Positions 38,880 to 50,606 are shown, counted from the whole stretch's first letter. The stretch is DNA of 63,701 nucleotides, filler included, from Octopus bimaculoides (GCF_001194135.2; 6 parts of 6 records of this genome joined end to end with filler, not necessarily neighbours in it), one strand, 5' to 3'. Notes: generated from the sequence alone by a model not told the origin. Numbers and translations are program-made.

Positions 38880-39011
38880 ATTGATTCCCAATGTTATGCA
38901 CTCAAAGTCTTCAATTCCAACGGTCCCTATATGAGAAAATCTATTCAGAATGAAGTATCAATACTGAAGAAATTAAACCATGAAAACATTGTTAGATTCA
39001 TTGATGTTGAG
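38880..39011 (+). CDS. TBK1: TBK1/IKK-epsilon-like Ser/Thr kinase, second coding exon (subdomains II-IV)
   Basis: Acceptor tttctttttctatgattag|, 132 nt, phase 0/0, peptide IDSQCYALKVFNSNGPYMRKSIQNEVSILKKLNHENIVRFIDVE (catalytic Lys in ALK, alphaC Glu, HENIV), donor |gtaagt at 39012. It joins exon 1 in frame. Confidence 0.92.
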
Positions 39012-39361
39012 GTAAGTAGTCAGGTTATGCTATAGTTGTATTTTTTTAATTTATTGCAGATAATTCATGTTAATTGTGAAGCTGAGTATATTAACGAAAT
39101 ATGAAAAATACATTGGTGACAGCAGCAGTGCTACACACCTCCTCCTACTCTTCTTCTTCTTCTTCTTCTTTTTCTTCAGGTCTTCGCAAGCTGAGTTTAG
39201 TGTCCAATGAAGGAATGGTGGCATGATATATATATATATATGTGTGTATGTATATATATGTAAAAACATATGTGTGTATATATATCTATATATATATCTA
39301 ACCTCGTGGGCATCGGTACCATTTTCCTCTTTCTCCGTTCTTCCATTCTCCGAACTTTCCA

Positions 39362-39395
39362 TCTTTCCGACGAAGGGCTACGCCCGAAATGTCAT
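39362..39395 (+). ncRNA. Degenerate minimal hammerhead motif (family with 4-bp stem II)
   Basis: cttt-CCGACGA-a-gggc(tac)gccc-GAAA-TGTC. The core U4 is replaced by C and the ACGT palindrome has become ATGT. Confidence 0.5.
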
Positions 39396-39516
39396 ACACT
39401 CTCTCTTTCCTTTCCTGAGCGTCCAATAATACTATCCATATCACGTCCTCACTTTGTTGTTTTTTTGTTTTTTTGTTATTGTTTTTTTGAACTATATATA
39501 TATATATATATATATA

Positions 39517-39616
39517 NNNNNNNNNNNNNNNNNNNNNNNNNNNNNNNNNNNNNNNNNNNNTTAATTAATTAANNNNNNNNNNNNNNNNNNNNNNNNNNNN
39601 NNNNNNNNNNNNNNNN
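39517..39616. other. Artificial join spacer
   Basis: 44 N + TTAATTAATTAA (39561-39572) + 44 N; it truncates the kinase locus. Confidence 0.95.
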
Positions 39617-39920
39617 TCTTACATAAATAAAAGAAATTTTATTTAACAAACTGTGACACTAAGGACCGAGGTTACCGTGGTCTTTTCGTAGGTTTTTCTT
39701 TCCACGGATAACCTCCCCATTTATTGGGAATTTTCTGTATTATTTTGTATTTTTTGTAAATACCCCAAACGTTTTGCGATGTTTTTTTTTCATCGTTGTC
39801 CCCACTTTTGTTTTTTTTTCTGCTTTGTTTTCGCCCCCCCTCGAAAAGAAAAACTCTACATTTGTATTTTGTCCCCTCTGTGTTGAGCCCTGTGTGGCTA
39901 ATAAAGAAACCTATCTATCC

Positions 39921-39961
<41 letters not shown>

Positions 39962-40191
39962 CCTCTCTAATCTCTCTATCTACCTATCTTCCTCTCTAAT
40001 CTGTCTGTCCGTCCGTCCATTCATCCATCCATCCATTCATCCATCCATCCATCTATCTATCTATCTGATGGCAGGTAAGGCTATGTAAATGCTACAGAAG
40101 GACCATAGTTAGACTCCTGGTTCGGTAATAGCACTTTCCTTGGATAATGGAACTCCAACTGTAGCATCCAACATATATTTTTATTCTCTTA

Positions 40192-41879
40192 CTAGCAGTA
40201 TAACCCGGCGTTGTCCAGGTGTGACTTATTACGCCATCTACGATAAATCTTGCTAGGTGAAAATCAACTAAAAAAGAAAGCCTTACAATGATGTAAATAT
40301 GTTCATAATTCAAAAGACGATTAAATTAATAGGGAAAGTCTGAAGGCTGTTTTGCGTAACATTATTAAGTGTACGTAAATTTCATCCGTCTAATTGGCTA
40401 TAGAAATGCCTGTGAAAAACAACTTTTTGCACTGCCCTGATTATACATAGCAGGGTAATCCCTTTTCGCAGGAGCTAGGACGGCAATTTCTGATGAAGCA
40501 ATTGCTGGCAATCTGTTGCTACACAGTTCTGCCAGAATTCTATCAGATTGGGCAGTAGATGTTGATGCACCATTTTGCATTATGTTCAAAGTAGCTTCTG
40601 GAATGTGGTGAATTGCTGCAGTCTGTTGCTGTCATTTTAAATCGGTTGCTTTTTTTCCCCAGCAAACTCTCTTCTTTGGAGGCATAATCTATGTATATAT
40701 TAAACAGAACAACAAAAGTTATAATAGATGGCAGGGTAGGTAGTTTTCACATTTCTAAAGAAGTTCACTGATTTGCAATGTGTTGTCCTGTCTACATAAG
40801 TTCCGTAGTTTGTATATTTACAAAACATTGATGAACATGTAGTAAGGTAAGATCTAGTTATATTGTAGTGAATGCTTGCGTGTACGTGCGCATGTGTGCG
40901 TTTGAGAGAGCGAAAGAGAAGAGGGAGAGAGGGCGAGAAAGGAATAGAGAACAGGAGCAATGAAGAAAGAGAAAGAGAGGAAGGGAGAATGGAAGACAGT
41001 TATAAAATAGCAATGTGTACGCGTGTTTATATAAGAAACACACACAAACTAAATCTTATATCTATAATGTTGATGTGTGTATGTATTTATGTGTGTGTTG
41101 TTGTCACAGATCACATATGTGTGGTTGTGTGTGTTTTTACACTTCTATGTTATGAAAAACATGTAAAAAATACTAAGAGGAGACAAGGATGCTGAACATG
41201 CAGACAGACAATGTAACGAAAACATGAACGAATGAAACGGGGTATTCCTTATTCAGTCTAGTTACAAATTATCATTGCAACTTTGGCAAAAGGAAGCTAA
41301 GAGCCCCAGATTCCTTGGAAGAAAGAACAGTGATGCTGGCGTATGCAGGAAATGAGAAAGTGAACGAGGAAAAACAGATGTGCACAGACAATGGTTGAAG
41401 CAGAGAAATGGTGATAAGCCCCAAATGACCAGGTCACGTGGATAGTTAGAGGTAGAGGGATAGAAGAAAGCTATTAAATGGGAGAGAGGAAGAAGAACGA
41501 AGTAAGAGTGAAAAGGTAGATAGAAGGAAAGAATAGTCTTAAACCAAGTTAATCTATGAATTGTATGTATCGCTTTCTCTCCCTCTCCCTCTTTTACTCT
41601 TACTGTCTATATTATATGTTGAGCGTGTGATCGATGTGTAAGAACGCCGGTACAGATAGAATGGAAGAAATATAAAAGTTGCTAGAAACAACAGCCAAAT
41701 CTCCCTTAAATCACACAAAGTAAACGGAATTTAAAAAATCTAATTACTGCACTGGAAAGTTCACATCGAGAAAATTCCATTGATGTAAAAATTTTCACGG
41801 AAAAGTGGAAAATGTGGATTTCTATAAACTTTTAAAAAGGTTACACACAGACACACAACTTCAGCTTTATATATTAAGA
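40192..41879 (-). mobile_element. Probable non-autonomous Helitron
   Basis: Minus strand A|TCTTAATATATAAAG... (41879) to hairpin cctggacaacgccggg plus ttatactgCTAG|T (40192-40195). It contains a decayed MPPKKRVCWGKKATDLK*QQQ... ORF start at about 40400-40685. Confidence 0.55.
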
Positions 41880-41968
41880 TTTCCCTTTATACTTCCTATA
41901 TCCTCCCTTTCCAAAATAACTTCTTAAATTGAACTCTACTATTTTCCTCCATTTAACTCTCTCATATT

Positions 41969-42016
41969 GTCTCTGATGAAGGGATATCCCTCATATCCCA
42001 GAAACAGCTGTAAGAC
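41969..42016 (+). ncRNA. Minimal type-I hammerhead ribozyme (family 2)
   Basis: gtct-CTGATGA-a-gggatat(ccctc)atatccc-a-GAAA-CAGCTG-TA-agac. It has a 7-bp stem II, a perfect ACAGCTGT palindrome as stem III, a GUA triplet (42010-42012) and stem I gtct/agac. Confidence 0.8.
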
Positions 42017-42651
42017 TACCGTTCTCTTTATAAATGTCCAAGAAATTTCACACTGCCTTGACTTTGTTGTCTCATTTTATTTAACACATACACACACACA
42101 CACACACATATTTCTTTTTTGAACCTTGAACAAAATAAGAAAATGAAGATTTTAAGAGATAAACAGTGAGGTGTCTGTTCTGACGGAACCAATGATTCTA
42201 TCACGGTTCTGAACCAGTAAATCGGCAGAAGGTAGTTTTCTTGCATCAGCACTACTTTTATTCAAAATAATGGATTCGTAACTTTTGGAAACCAAACCTT
42301 GACCTAAAACCGAAGCCAGATATTCAAACATTGAGCTCTTGTGTGATATTCAAACATAAAGTTCTTGTATGAGTGCAAAAACAAAACAACAAAAAAACAA
42401 AATAACTGAATTCCATTGATAAGATCTGTACTGCCAAACCCTACCCACCAACAAAACAATTATTGTAGAATAATCACCAGACAAGGAAGAGAAATTCCAC
42501 TAACAGACACAATTGGTCACATGAAGTCATGGAGAACCAACAGTGTAGAAAAGAGGCGAACATTTGAGTATCGTTTTATGCTCTTCATCCCATATATGAA
42601 GAGGACAAACAAAGAATTTTAAAAAAATTGTTGATCTTTGCAGGTGCAGGA

Positions 42652-43270
42652 GTGACTGTGTGGTAGCTTGCTTCTCCACCACATGGTTCCAGGTTCAGTC
42701 CCACCGCATGGCACCTTGGGCAAATGTCTTCTACTATAGCCTCGGTCTGACCAAAGCCTTGTGAGTGGATTTGGTAGACAGAAACTGAAAGAAACAGAAG
42801 GTGGTGAGCTGGCAGAAACGTTAGTACGCCGGGCGAAATGCTTAGCAGTATTTCGTCTGCCGTTACGTTCTGAGTTCAAATTCCGCCGAGGTTGACTTTG
42901 CCTTTCATCCTTTCGGGGTCGATAAATTAAGTACCAGTTACGCACTGGGGTCGATGTAATCGAATTAATCCCTTTGTCTGTCCTTGTTTGTCCCTTCTAT
43001 GTTTAGCCCCTTGTGGGCAGTAAAGGAATAAGAAACTGAAAGAAGCCCATTGTGTGTGTGTGTGTGTGTGTGTATTTGTGTGTCTGTGTTTGTCACCCAT
43101 CCCACCCACCATCACTTGACAACCGATGGTGGTGTGTTTACGTCCCCGTAACTTAGCGGTTTGGCAAAAGATACCGATAGAATAAGTACTAGGCTTACAA
43201 AGAATAAGTCCTGGGATCGATTCGGTCGACTAAAGTAAGTGCTCCACATTCAAATGACTGGAACACGTAA
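42652..43270 (+). mobile_element. SINE family A with a nested family-B SINE (42794-43030)
   Basis: The insert is flanked by the 14-bp direct repeat agaaactgaaagaa (42780-42793 and 43031-43044). Confidence 0.88.
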
Positions 43271-43536
43271 AAGAATAAAAGAATTATAGGTCACTCTGCC
43301 ACAGATTCAGAATATCCAATCTGACTTTTTCTGCTACTGGAACAATTAGGATAAACTTTAGATAACAGATAATAGTAATAAAAGTGACCAGAATTGGTGC
43401 AGGCTTGCTTTCTAACCACATGGTTCTAGGTTCATTTCCACTGTGTAGCACCTTGAGCCAGTGTCTTCTACTATAGAGTCAATCCGACAAAATCCTTGTG
43501 AGTGGATTTGGCAGATGGAAACTGAAAGAAGCCCAT

Positions 43537-43597
<61 letters not shown>

Positions 43598-43699
43598 ATC
43601 CCCTACCACCACTTGATAACTGTTGTTGGCATGTTTATGTCCCTGCGACTTAACACTTCAGCAACAGGATGTGATAGAATAAATACTAGGTTTGATTTA

Positions 43700-44880
43700 T
43701 CATCATCATTATCATCATCATTTAATGTCTGCTTTCCATGCTGGCATGGGTTGGACGGTTTGACTGGAGACTGGCAAGCAAGGAAGCCACAACAGGCTCC
43801 AATCTGATGTGGCAAGGTTTCTACAGCTGGATGCCCTTCCTAATGCCAACCATTCCAAGAGTGTAGTGGGAGCTTTTTATGTGCCACTGGCACGAGAGCC
43901 AATCAGGTGGCACTGGTATCAACCACATTCAGATGGTGCTTTTCATGTGCCACCAGCACAGGGAGCCAGTCAGACGGCTCTGGCAGCGACCCATGCATGA
44001 ATGAATGGTGCTTATCATGTGCCATCAGCACTGGTAATGGCTACAATTTCCATTTGATTGTGATTTGATTTGATTTGATTTTGATTTACTTGACTCAGTA
44101 GGTCTCCTCAAGCACAGCATGTTGCCCAACAATCCAAAGGTACTTTTTAAATGGGCTGGTTATGCGACACTGGTGTAGGTTATAGCTGTGATCTCACTTT
44201 CCTTGCCAGTTCTTCTCAATCACAGCATACCACCAGAGGTCTTAGTCTTTCGTCATTGCCTCTGTGAAGCCCAACATTCGAAAGTCGTGCTTGACCACCT
44301 CATCCCATGTCTTTCCAGGTTTTCCTCTTCCACAGGTTCCTTCCACACAGTTCTCCTCATCCATATGCAGCACATTACCATACCAGTGCAGTCATCTCTC
44401 TTGCACACCACATCTGTTGCTTGTTATGGCCAACGTTTCTCTCAGGGCGCTTACACTCTGTCGTGTGTGCACACTGACATTACACATCCAGCAGATCATA
44501 CTAGCTTCATTTCTTTCAAGCCTACGCATGTCTTCAGCAGTCACGGCTCATGTTTCACTGCCATGAAGCATGGCAGTTCACACACATGCATCATACAATC
44601 TACCTTTCACTCTGAGTGAGAGGCCCTTTGTCACCAGTAGGAGTAGAAGCTTTCTGAACTTTGCCCAGGCTATTCTTATTCTAGTGGTAACACTCTCTGA
44701 GCATCCACCCCCACTACAGACTTGGTAACCTAGGTAGCAGAAGCTATCAGCTACTTCTAGTTTTTACAGATCAAGCAGGGTCATCTACCTGAAGGGGTTT
44801 ATGATGTGTTTACCTCCTACTTACTAGGACTTCAGTTTTTGCAACATTGACTCTAAGGCCCTTCGATTCTAAACCTTGCT
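43700..44880 (-). mobile_element. RTE LINE 3' portion (ORF2 remnant + 3' UTR)
   Basis: Minus-strand ...KGRLYDACV...HGSETWAVTAEDMRRLERNEAS...QERRLHWYG...GRGKPGKTWDEVVKHDF, then the 3' UTR to the (ATG)n tail. Confidence 0.88.
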
Positions 44881-44974
44881 TGCACACCTGAAATTTCTTC
44901 TCTAGTTCTGGTACATTCTGAGTTTAAATTCTACCAGGGTCGATAAAATAAATTACCTTCATTGGACACTAAAC

Positions 44975-45380
44975 TCGGCTTGCAAAGACCTGTTGGGGCA
45001 AGCGAAAGTGAAATCGTGATGGTACCTGAGCCCAGCGTTGCCTTCCTGGCACTTATGCCAGTGGCATGTGTAAAGACATTCGAGTGAGATCATTGCCAGT
45101 GCCGATGGACTGGCTCCTGTGCATGTGGCACGTAAAATACACCATTTTGAGCGTGGCTGTTGCCAATACTGCCTGACTGGCCTTCATGCCGGTGGCACGT
45201 AAAAGCACCCACTACACTCTCGGAGTGGTTGGCGTTAGGAAGGGCATCCAGCTGTAGAAACTCTGCCAAATCAGATTGCAGCCTGGTGTAACCATCTGGT
45301 TCACCAGTCCTCAGTCAAATTGTCCCACCCATGCTAGCATGGAAAGCGGACGTTAAACGATGATGATGATGATGATGATG
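44975..45380 (+). mobile_element. RTE-LINE 3' UTR with (ATG)n tail
   Basis: Same family as 29225-29530. Confidence 0.8.
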
Positions 45381-45700
45381 TAGTACTGGGAGTTAATGTA
45401 ATCAACTTCTTCCTCAACTCAGGTTTGTCTTGTTAAAAAATCAAAATCCTTGGTTCATGTTGTGGCAAGAGTCATTGGATACCCCTGGGAGATTGGAAGA
45501 ACGAACTAGCTGAACACTTATAAAGAGTAACATGTTGGTTGAGACAAGAGGTCAGCAGGAGTCATTGAGAGGGCATTTTGGAATCTCGTAAAGTACGTTG
45601 TGTGAACACATTGATTTTTACTTCTGTTTTGTTAATTATATATCCAATGTTTGTCAGGGATATAAAAGTTCCTCACCTAAGGCTGCTCCAGCTCAGCAAA

Positions 45701-45980
45701 TTTGACTGAAAAGATTTGACTGAAAAGATTTGANNNNNNNNNNTTTGACTGAAAAGATTTGACTGAAAAGATTTGACAGAAAAGATTTGACTGAAAAGAT
45801 TTGACTGAAAAGATTTAACTGGAAAGATTTGGCTGAAAAGATTTGACTGAAAAGATTTGACTGAAAAGATTTGACTGAAAAGATTTGACTGAAAAGATTT
45901 GACTGGAAAGATTTGACTGAAAAGATTTGACTGGAAATATTTGACTGAAAAGATTTAACTGAAAAGATTTGACTGAAAAG
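45701..45980. repeat. 14-bp minisatellite (TTTGACTGAAAAGA) x about 20
   Basis: Directly visible; includes a 10-N gap. Confidence 0.95.
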
Positions 45981-46105
45981 TGACATTTAACAACTCCAGC
46001 AACAAATAACAACCAGTAACCAAGATAAATTGTACTAATACCAGCATTATGCAGTGAGCATGGATTATAACACATGTCATAACTACCCTTTTTTACAGCA
46101 ACTAC

Positions 46106-46230
46106 CTGTTTATGGACAATCCTATTTCCTTGTACAATATCTCTACTAATTCAGCTCGGCTTCGGGCAAGTCTGGAGAACACCGACATCTTGAATGGTTT
46201 CACACATTCATTTGGCACTATATTAGAAGC
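46106..46230 (-). CDS. Candidate isolated internal exon of an unidentified gene
   Basis: Minus strand tgctttcaatttcag|ASNIVPNECVKPFKMSVFSRLARSRAELVEILYKEIGLSIN(R)|gtagtt; only one frame is open and the sequence is non-repetitive. No family was recognised, and a plus-strand acceptor also exists. Confidence 0.35.
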
Positions 46231-47129
46231 CTGAAATTGAAAGCAGATATTTTCTTTCCTTATTAGAGATACTACAATTACATAATAATTATGTATGTAT
46301 GTATGTATGTATGTATTTATGTATGTATGTATGTATGTATGTATGTGTGTGCATTTATGTGAGTGTATGTATTTGTGAATGTGTGTGTGTATGTATGCAT
46401 GCATGCATTTGTGAGTGTGTGTGTATATCTATGTATGTATCTGTGTGTGTATGTATGTATTCGTGTGTGTGCATGTATGTATATATTTGTGTGTGAGTGT
46501 GTGTATGTACGTATGTATTTGTATGTGAGTGTGTGTGTATGTATGTATGTGTGTATCTATGTATGTATGTGTGTATGTAAGTGTGTATTATGTGTGTATG
46601 TGTGTATGTGTGTATGTATGTGTTTATGTATGTGTGTATGTATGTATGTATGTATGCATTTGTGAGTAAGTGTGCAAATGTAGGGATAGATATATGGATA
46701 TACATATCTATATTAATAAAAGCAAAATTCCATCTGTCCATTTGGGACCCCTGCATCTCGATATACATTTGCTCTACATAGACATATACCTTTTTGGAAT
46801 CAGGATGATCCTTAGATCGAAAATTTGGCCTTCATTTGGTTCTTGAACATTCAGCATTGGGATCTGATTAAAGAAGCATTTGGGCTGCTATTTCTAGCAG
46901 GTAAAGCTTGGTGTGTCAGATGACGTCAGAGATCAAAGGGGAGATAAATGACATTCGCTTCGTTAATTTTACATCAACATAAGAACTTTGGGACAAATTG
47001 ACCAACAGTTTGAATTCAACTTGGGACTGGAACAATAGAATGATTTGCATTACAAAATTAATTCTCATCCACCCTTAACCTCTGACCAAACACCACCAGG
47101 TCATATAGTCATTATAGACAAGTGAGATT

Positions 47130-47735
47130 GTAACTGTGGCCTATGCCAGTGTTGCATGACCAGCCCATCTAAAAGAGCCCTTCAATTGTTGTGTAATATG
47201 CTGTGCTTGACAAGACCTGTTTAGTCAAGTGAAATCGTTATCATAGCCAATGCCAGTACCACCTGACTGGCACCCATGCCAGTGGCTTGTAAAAAGCACC
47301 ATTCAAGTGTGGTCGATGCCAGTGCTGCAGGAGTGGCTCCCATGCCAGTGGCATGTAAAAAGCACCATTCAAGTGTGGTCAATGTGAGTGCTGCAGGAGT
47401 GGCTCCTGTGCAGGTGGAATGTAAAAAGCACTATTTGAGTGTGGCTGATACCAGTGCCGCCTGACTGGCTTCCATGCTAGTAGCACGTAAAAAGCACCAT
47501 TCGAGTATGGTCGATGCCAGTAACACCTGACTGGCCCCTGTGCCAATGGCACATAAAAAAAGCACCCACTACACTCTTGGAGTGGTTGGCATTAGGAAGG
47601 GCATCCAGCTAAAGAAACCTTGCCAGATCAGATTGGAGCCTTGTGCAGCCTCCTGGCTTGCCAGTCCTCAGTCAAACCATCTAACCCATGCCAACATGGA
47701 AAGCAGATGTAAAACAATGATGATGATGATGACGA
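47130..47735 (+). mobile_element. RTE-LINE 3' UTR with about five internal 66-bp tandem units
   Basis: Repeating ...atgccagtggc-tgtaaaaagcaccattcaagtgtggtcgatgccagtg... (22-aa periodicity in ORF 47276-47464), then the standard tip and (ATG)n tail. Confidence 0.8.
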
Positions 47736-48200
47736 GCTATTTAGTTCTCTTTAATTTTGAGCTGCAGCCCCAATTAGCCCTTTGCAGGAGCTAGCTTAAA
47801 ATCTGAACAGAGTGCAGCTTTTAAGATAGTATATCTTATAACAGATATATAATTGTCATCCTCATTCTACGCTGCTGTGGGTTTGGCGATTCAACGTAAA
47901 CAGACAAGTCAGAAGACGGCATTTTGCCATGGCTTCACCAGCTGGATGCTGCCCTTCTTCACACCAACCCCTTTATGGAGGGCACAGTGCTTTTTCATGG
48001 CACCAGCACTAGTGATGTCACCAAGAAGCCACAAGACAAGACCCCCACTCAACTGAGTGATGTACGATAGTGAGGGATAAGAAAATAAGATAAAGCTGTC
48101 TTGCTAAGAAGTGAATGTAGAGAGAGAGAGAGGTGTGTATGTATGCATGTATGTATGTGTGTAAGTATGTATGTATATACTCAAACACACATTCATATAT

Positions 48201-48233
<33 letters not shown>

Positions 48234-48454
48234 CATATATATANNNNNNNNNNATATATATATATATATATTCCTCCATGTGATCGGCTAGAAAAATTGT
48301 TAGGATATTAAGATATTTTTCTTAACATGAAACCAATGCACAAGTAAAGAAATTTTATCCACCAATGCAATGTTGAGCACTCATTCTCATTGTTCAACAC
48401 ACACACATAGTTTTTTATTAAAGCTGCAAAAACATCAGAAAAATATCACAAAAA

Positions 48455-48495
48455 GCTGCTACTCAGAGTTTCACATTCCCTTTCATCAGGCAGGG
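48455..48495 (-). ncRNA. Hammerhead-like motif with collapsed stem II (family 3)
   Basis: Minus strand ctgc-CTGATGA-aagggaatgt-GAAA-CTCTGAG-TA-gcag. Stems I and III are intact and stem II is incomplete. The stem III type matches 3431-3481. Confidence 0.5.
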
Positions 48496-49267
48496 GTACA
48501 CACACATATATGTATGTATGTATGTGCGTGCATATGTGTGTATATACATATATATGTGTGTGTAAGTATGTGTGAAGGTGTATATAACAGGTATGTGCCA
48601 TATGTAAATACTAAAGTATTACTAATTAGGTCAGATGAGTAAAATCCCTGCCACTGATACCATGTAACCCAATACAACCGGTCCCATGATTAAGTGGTTG
48701 TTGACTAAACCAGCCACTCCCACTTGGCTCGCCAGGTGAGGAAGGTGTTGTGGACACTCAGCAGGATTAAAATCCAAACCTGTCAAAGGATGGATGAGCT
48801 CATCATGAGCTAATGGCCATCCACACGAGTTGTGTCTCATAAAAACACCCTGTTTGTAGGCTGGAAGATCATATGAAAGTAATGGGTTGACAAATGACAA
48901 TATCAGCCAAAAGGAAAGCAAACTGGCACTTCGTCAGTTTTTGTGACATAGGGAGATTGTACCGTGATGACATTTTTGGGCAGCTGCTAATTACAGGTGT
49001 GAAGTTTTCTACAGAAATTTGATATAATCTACATTTTTGGTTGCATCTAAGAACTCCAATGGCTTGAATGAAGAAAAGTTTCAAATCAAAGACCAGAGGG
49101 AACAGTAATCCAAAGAGAAATATATACAGGTTAAGAACAACTGCAGAGTAAATGGTTTTGTTCTACAGATTTCCATTAATTCAGAGCTCTCAGAAGCAAA
49201 AGTGGAGTTCCGTTGGCAAAGCAAACATTTCGCAATATAAGTATATGTATGAGTGTGTGTGTGTGTT

Positions 49268-49309
<42 letters not shown>

Positions 49310-49618
49310 TGTGTGTGTATGTATATATGTATGCATGTATGTATGCATGTATGTATGTATGCATGTATGTATGTATGTATGTGTGTGTGTGTATGTATGT
49401 ATGTATGTATGTATATATGTATGTATGTATGTATATGAAACAAACGTAAAACTTTTAAAATATGTATTTTTAAAGAAAATATTGCAAATATGCAAATTTT
49501 GTTTTTTCATACTTACTTTAATTTCTGGATACTGTGCAATTTCTAAAATAAATCTTTTGGCCTCTTCCCTTGTCCTCAATGCCTGGAAAGAAATATATAT
49601 ATTCTCATATATGCACAC

Positions 49619-49657
<39 letters not shown>

Positions 49658-49738
49658 NNNNNNNNNNAGAGAGAGAGAGACATGTGTGTATATATATATA
49701 TATATAGATATAGATAGATAGACAGATAAATAGACAAG

Positions 49739-49800
<62 letters not shown>

Positions 49801-49816
49801 GATAGATAGATAGATG

Positions 49817-49851
<35 letters not shown>

Positions 49852-50606
49852 GGATAGATAGATAGATAGACATGCATATATATTCAAGAAGGTGCTCAAA
49901 AGTTCCTGACTTTAAAGGCATCGCTAAAGGCCTGGTTGAACGCCCAACCTTGAGTTCTTTTACAAGGCTTAGAAAAAAGAGTGAACTAGCTAGTTCACTC
50001 TTTAGCCTATCGACTTCAAGATGGTATGATTTTAATATATTGAGCCTTCTGGCCTCATCTCGAGGCCCTGTTCTTTCCTCTTCCCTCTTCCCTTCATTTA
50101 TTCTATTTTATGTATTTGTATTCACTCTAATGAAGCTCCATGTACTAGATCGAATCTTCTATGAAGATGACAAATATTATTTTCGGAATTTCTTTCGTAA
50201 GCACCAACTAACATTGGAAGTGGTAACGGCCGTAAGAAATGTTATGTCATGTTTCGTACTAAAAAAATAATCAACCGATGTTGGTCAATTTGCTTGTTTG
50301 CTGATCAAAATTTTTCTCCGTTTTTTGATTATTTAAATTTGATTCCTGATAAACGTTTGTTTGTTCAGTTATTACCTGCATACTATGCCTGCATACCCAA
50401 GCCCACGGATAACATAGGTAATTGATATTAATAGTAAATACGGATACTATTATCTCTTAGATGGTTATTGCAACCATTAACTCTGCTTACCTATATATAT
50501 ATATATATATATATAGGGGGAGAATTCACAAAAAAAAAACAACAAAAGACGAAGACAGGTGGTGTAGACAACAAACAGATGTATTAGTATAACGCTTGAG
50601 AAGTGA

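Noticed and set aside
45701-45980. CRISPR-like array
   Set aside because: Head-to-tail 14-bp units with no unique spacers, in a eukaryotic context.
46099-46200. Plus-strand NYLFMDNPISLYNI as the third kinase exon
   Set aside because: It resembles VLIME...SLY only loosely, is two residues short, has the wrong phase for the phase-0 donor at 39012, and lies across an artificial join.
48800-49240. Possible exons in unique-looking sequence
   Set aside because: All frames are short, splice-site pairs are inconsistent and no domain was recognised.
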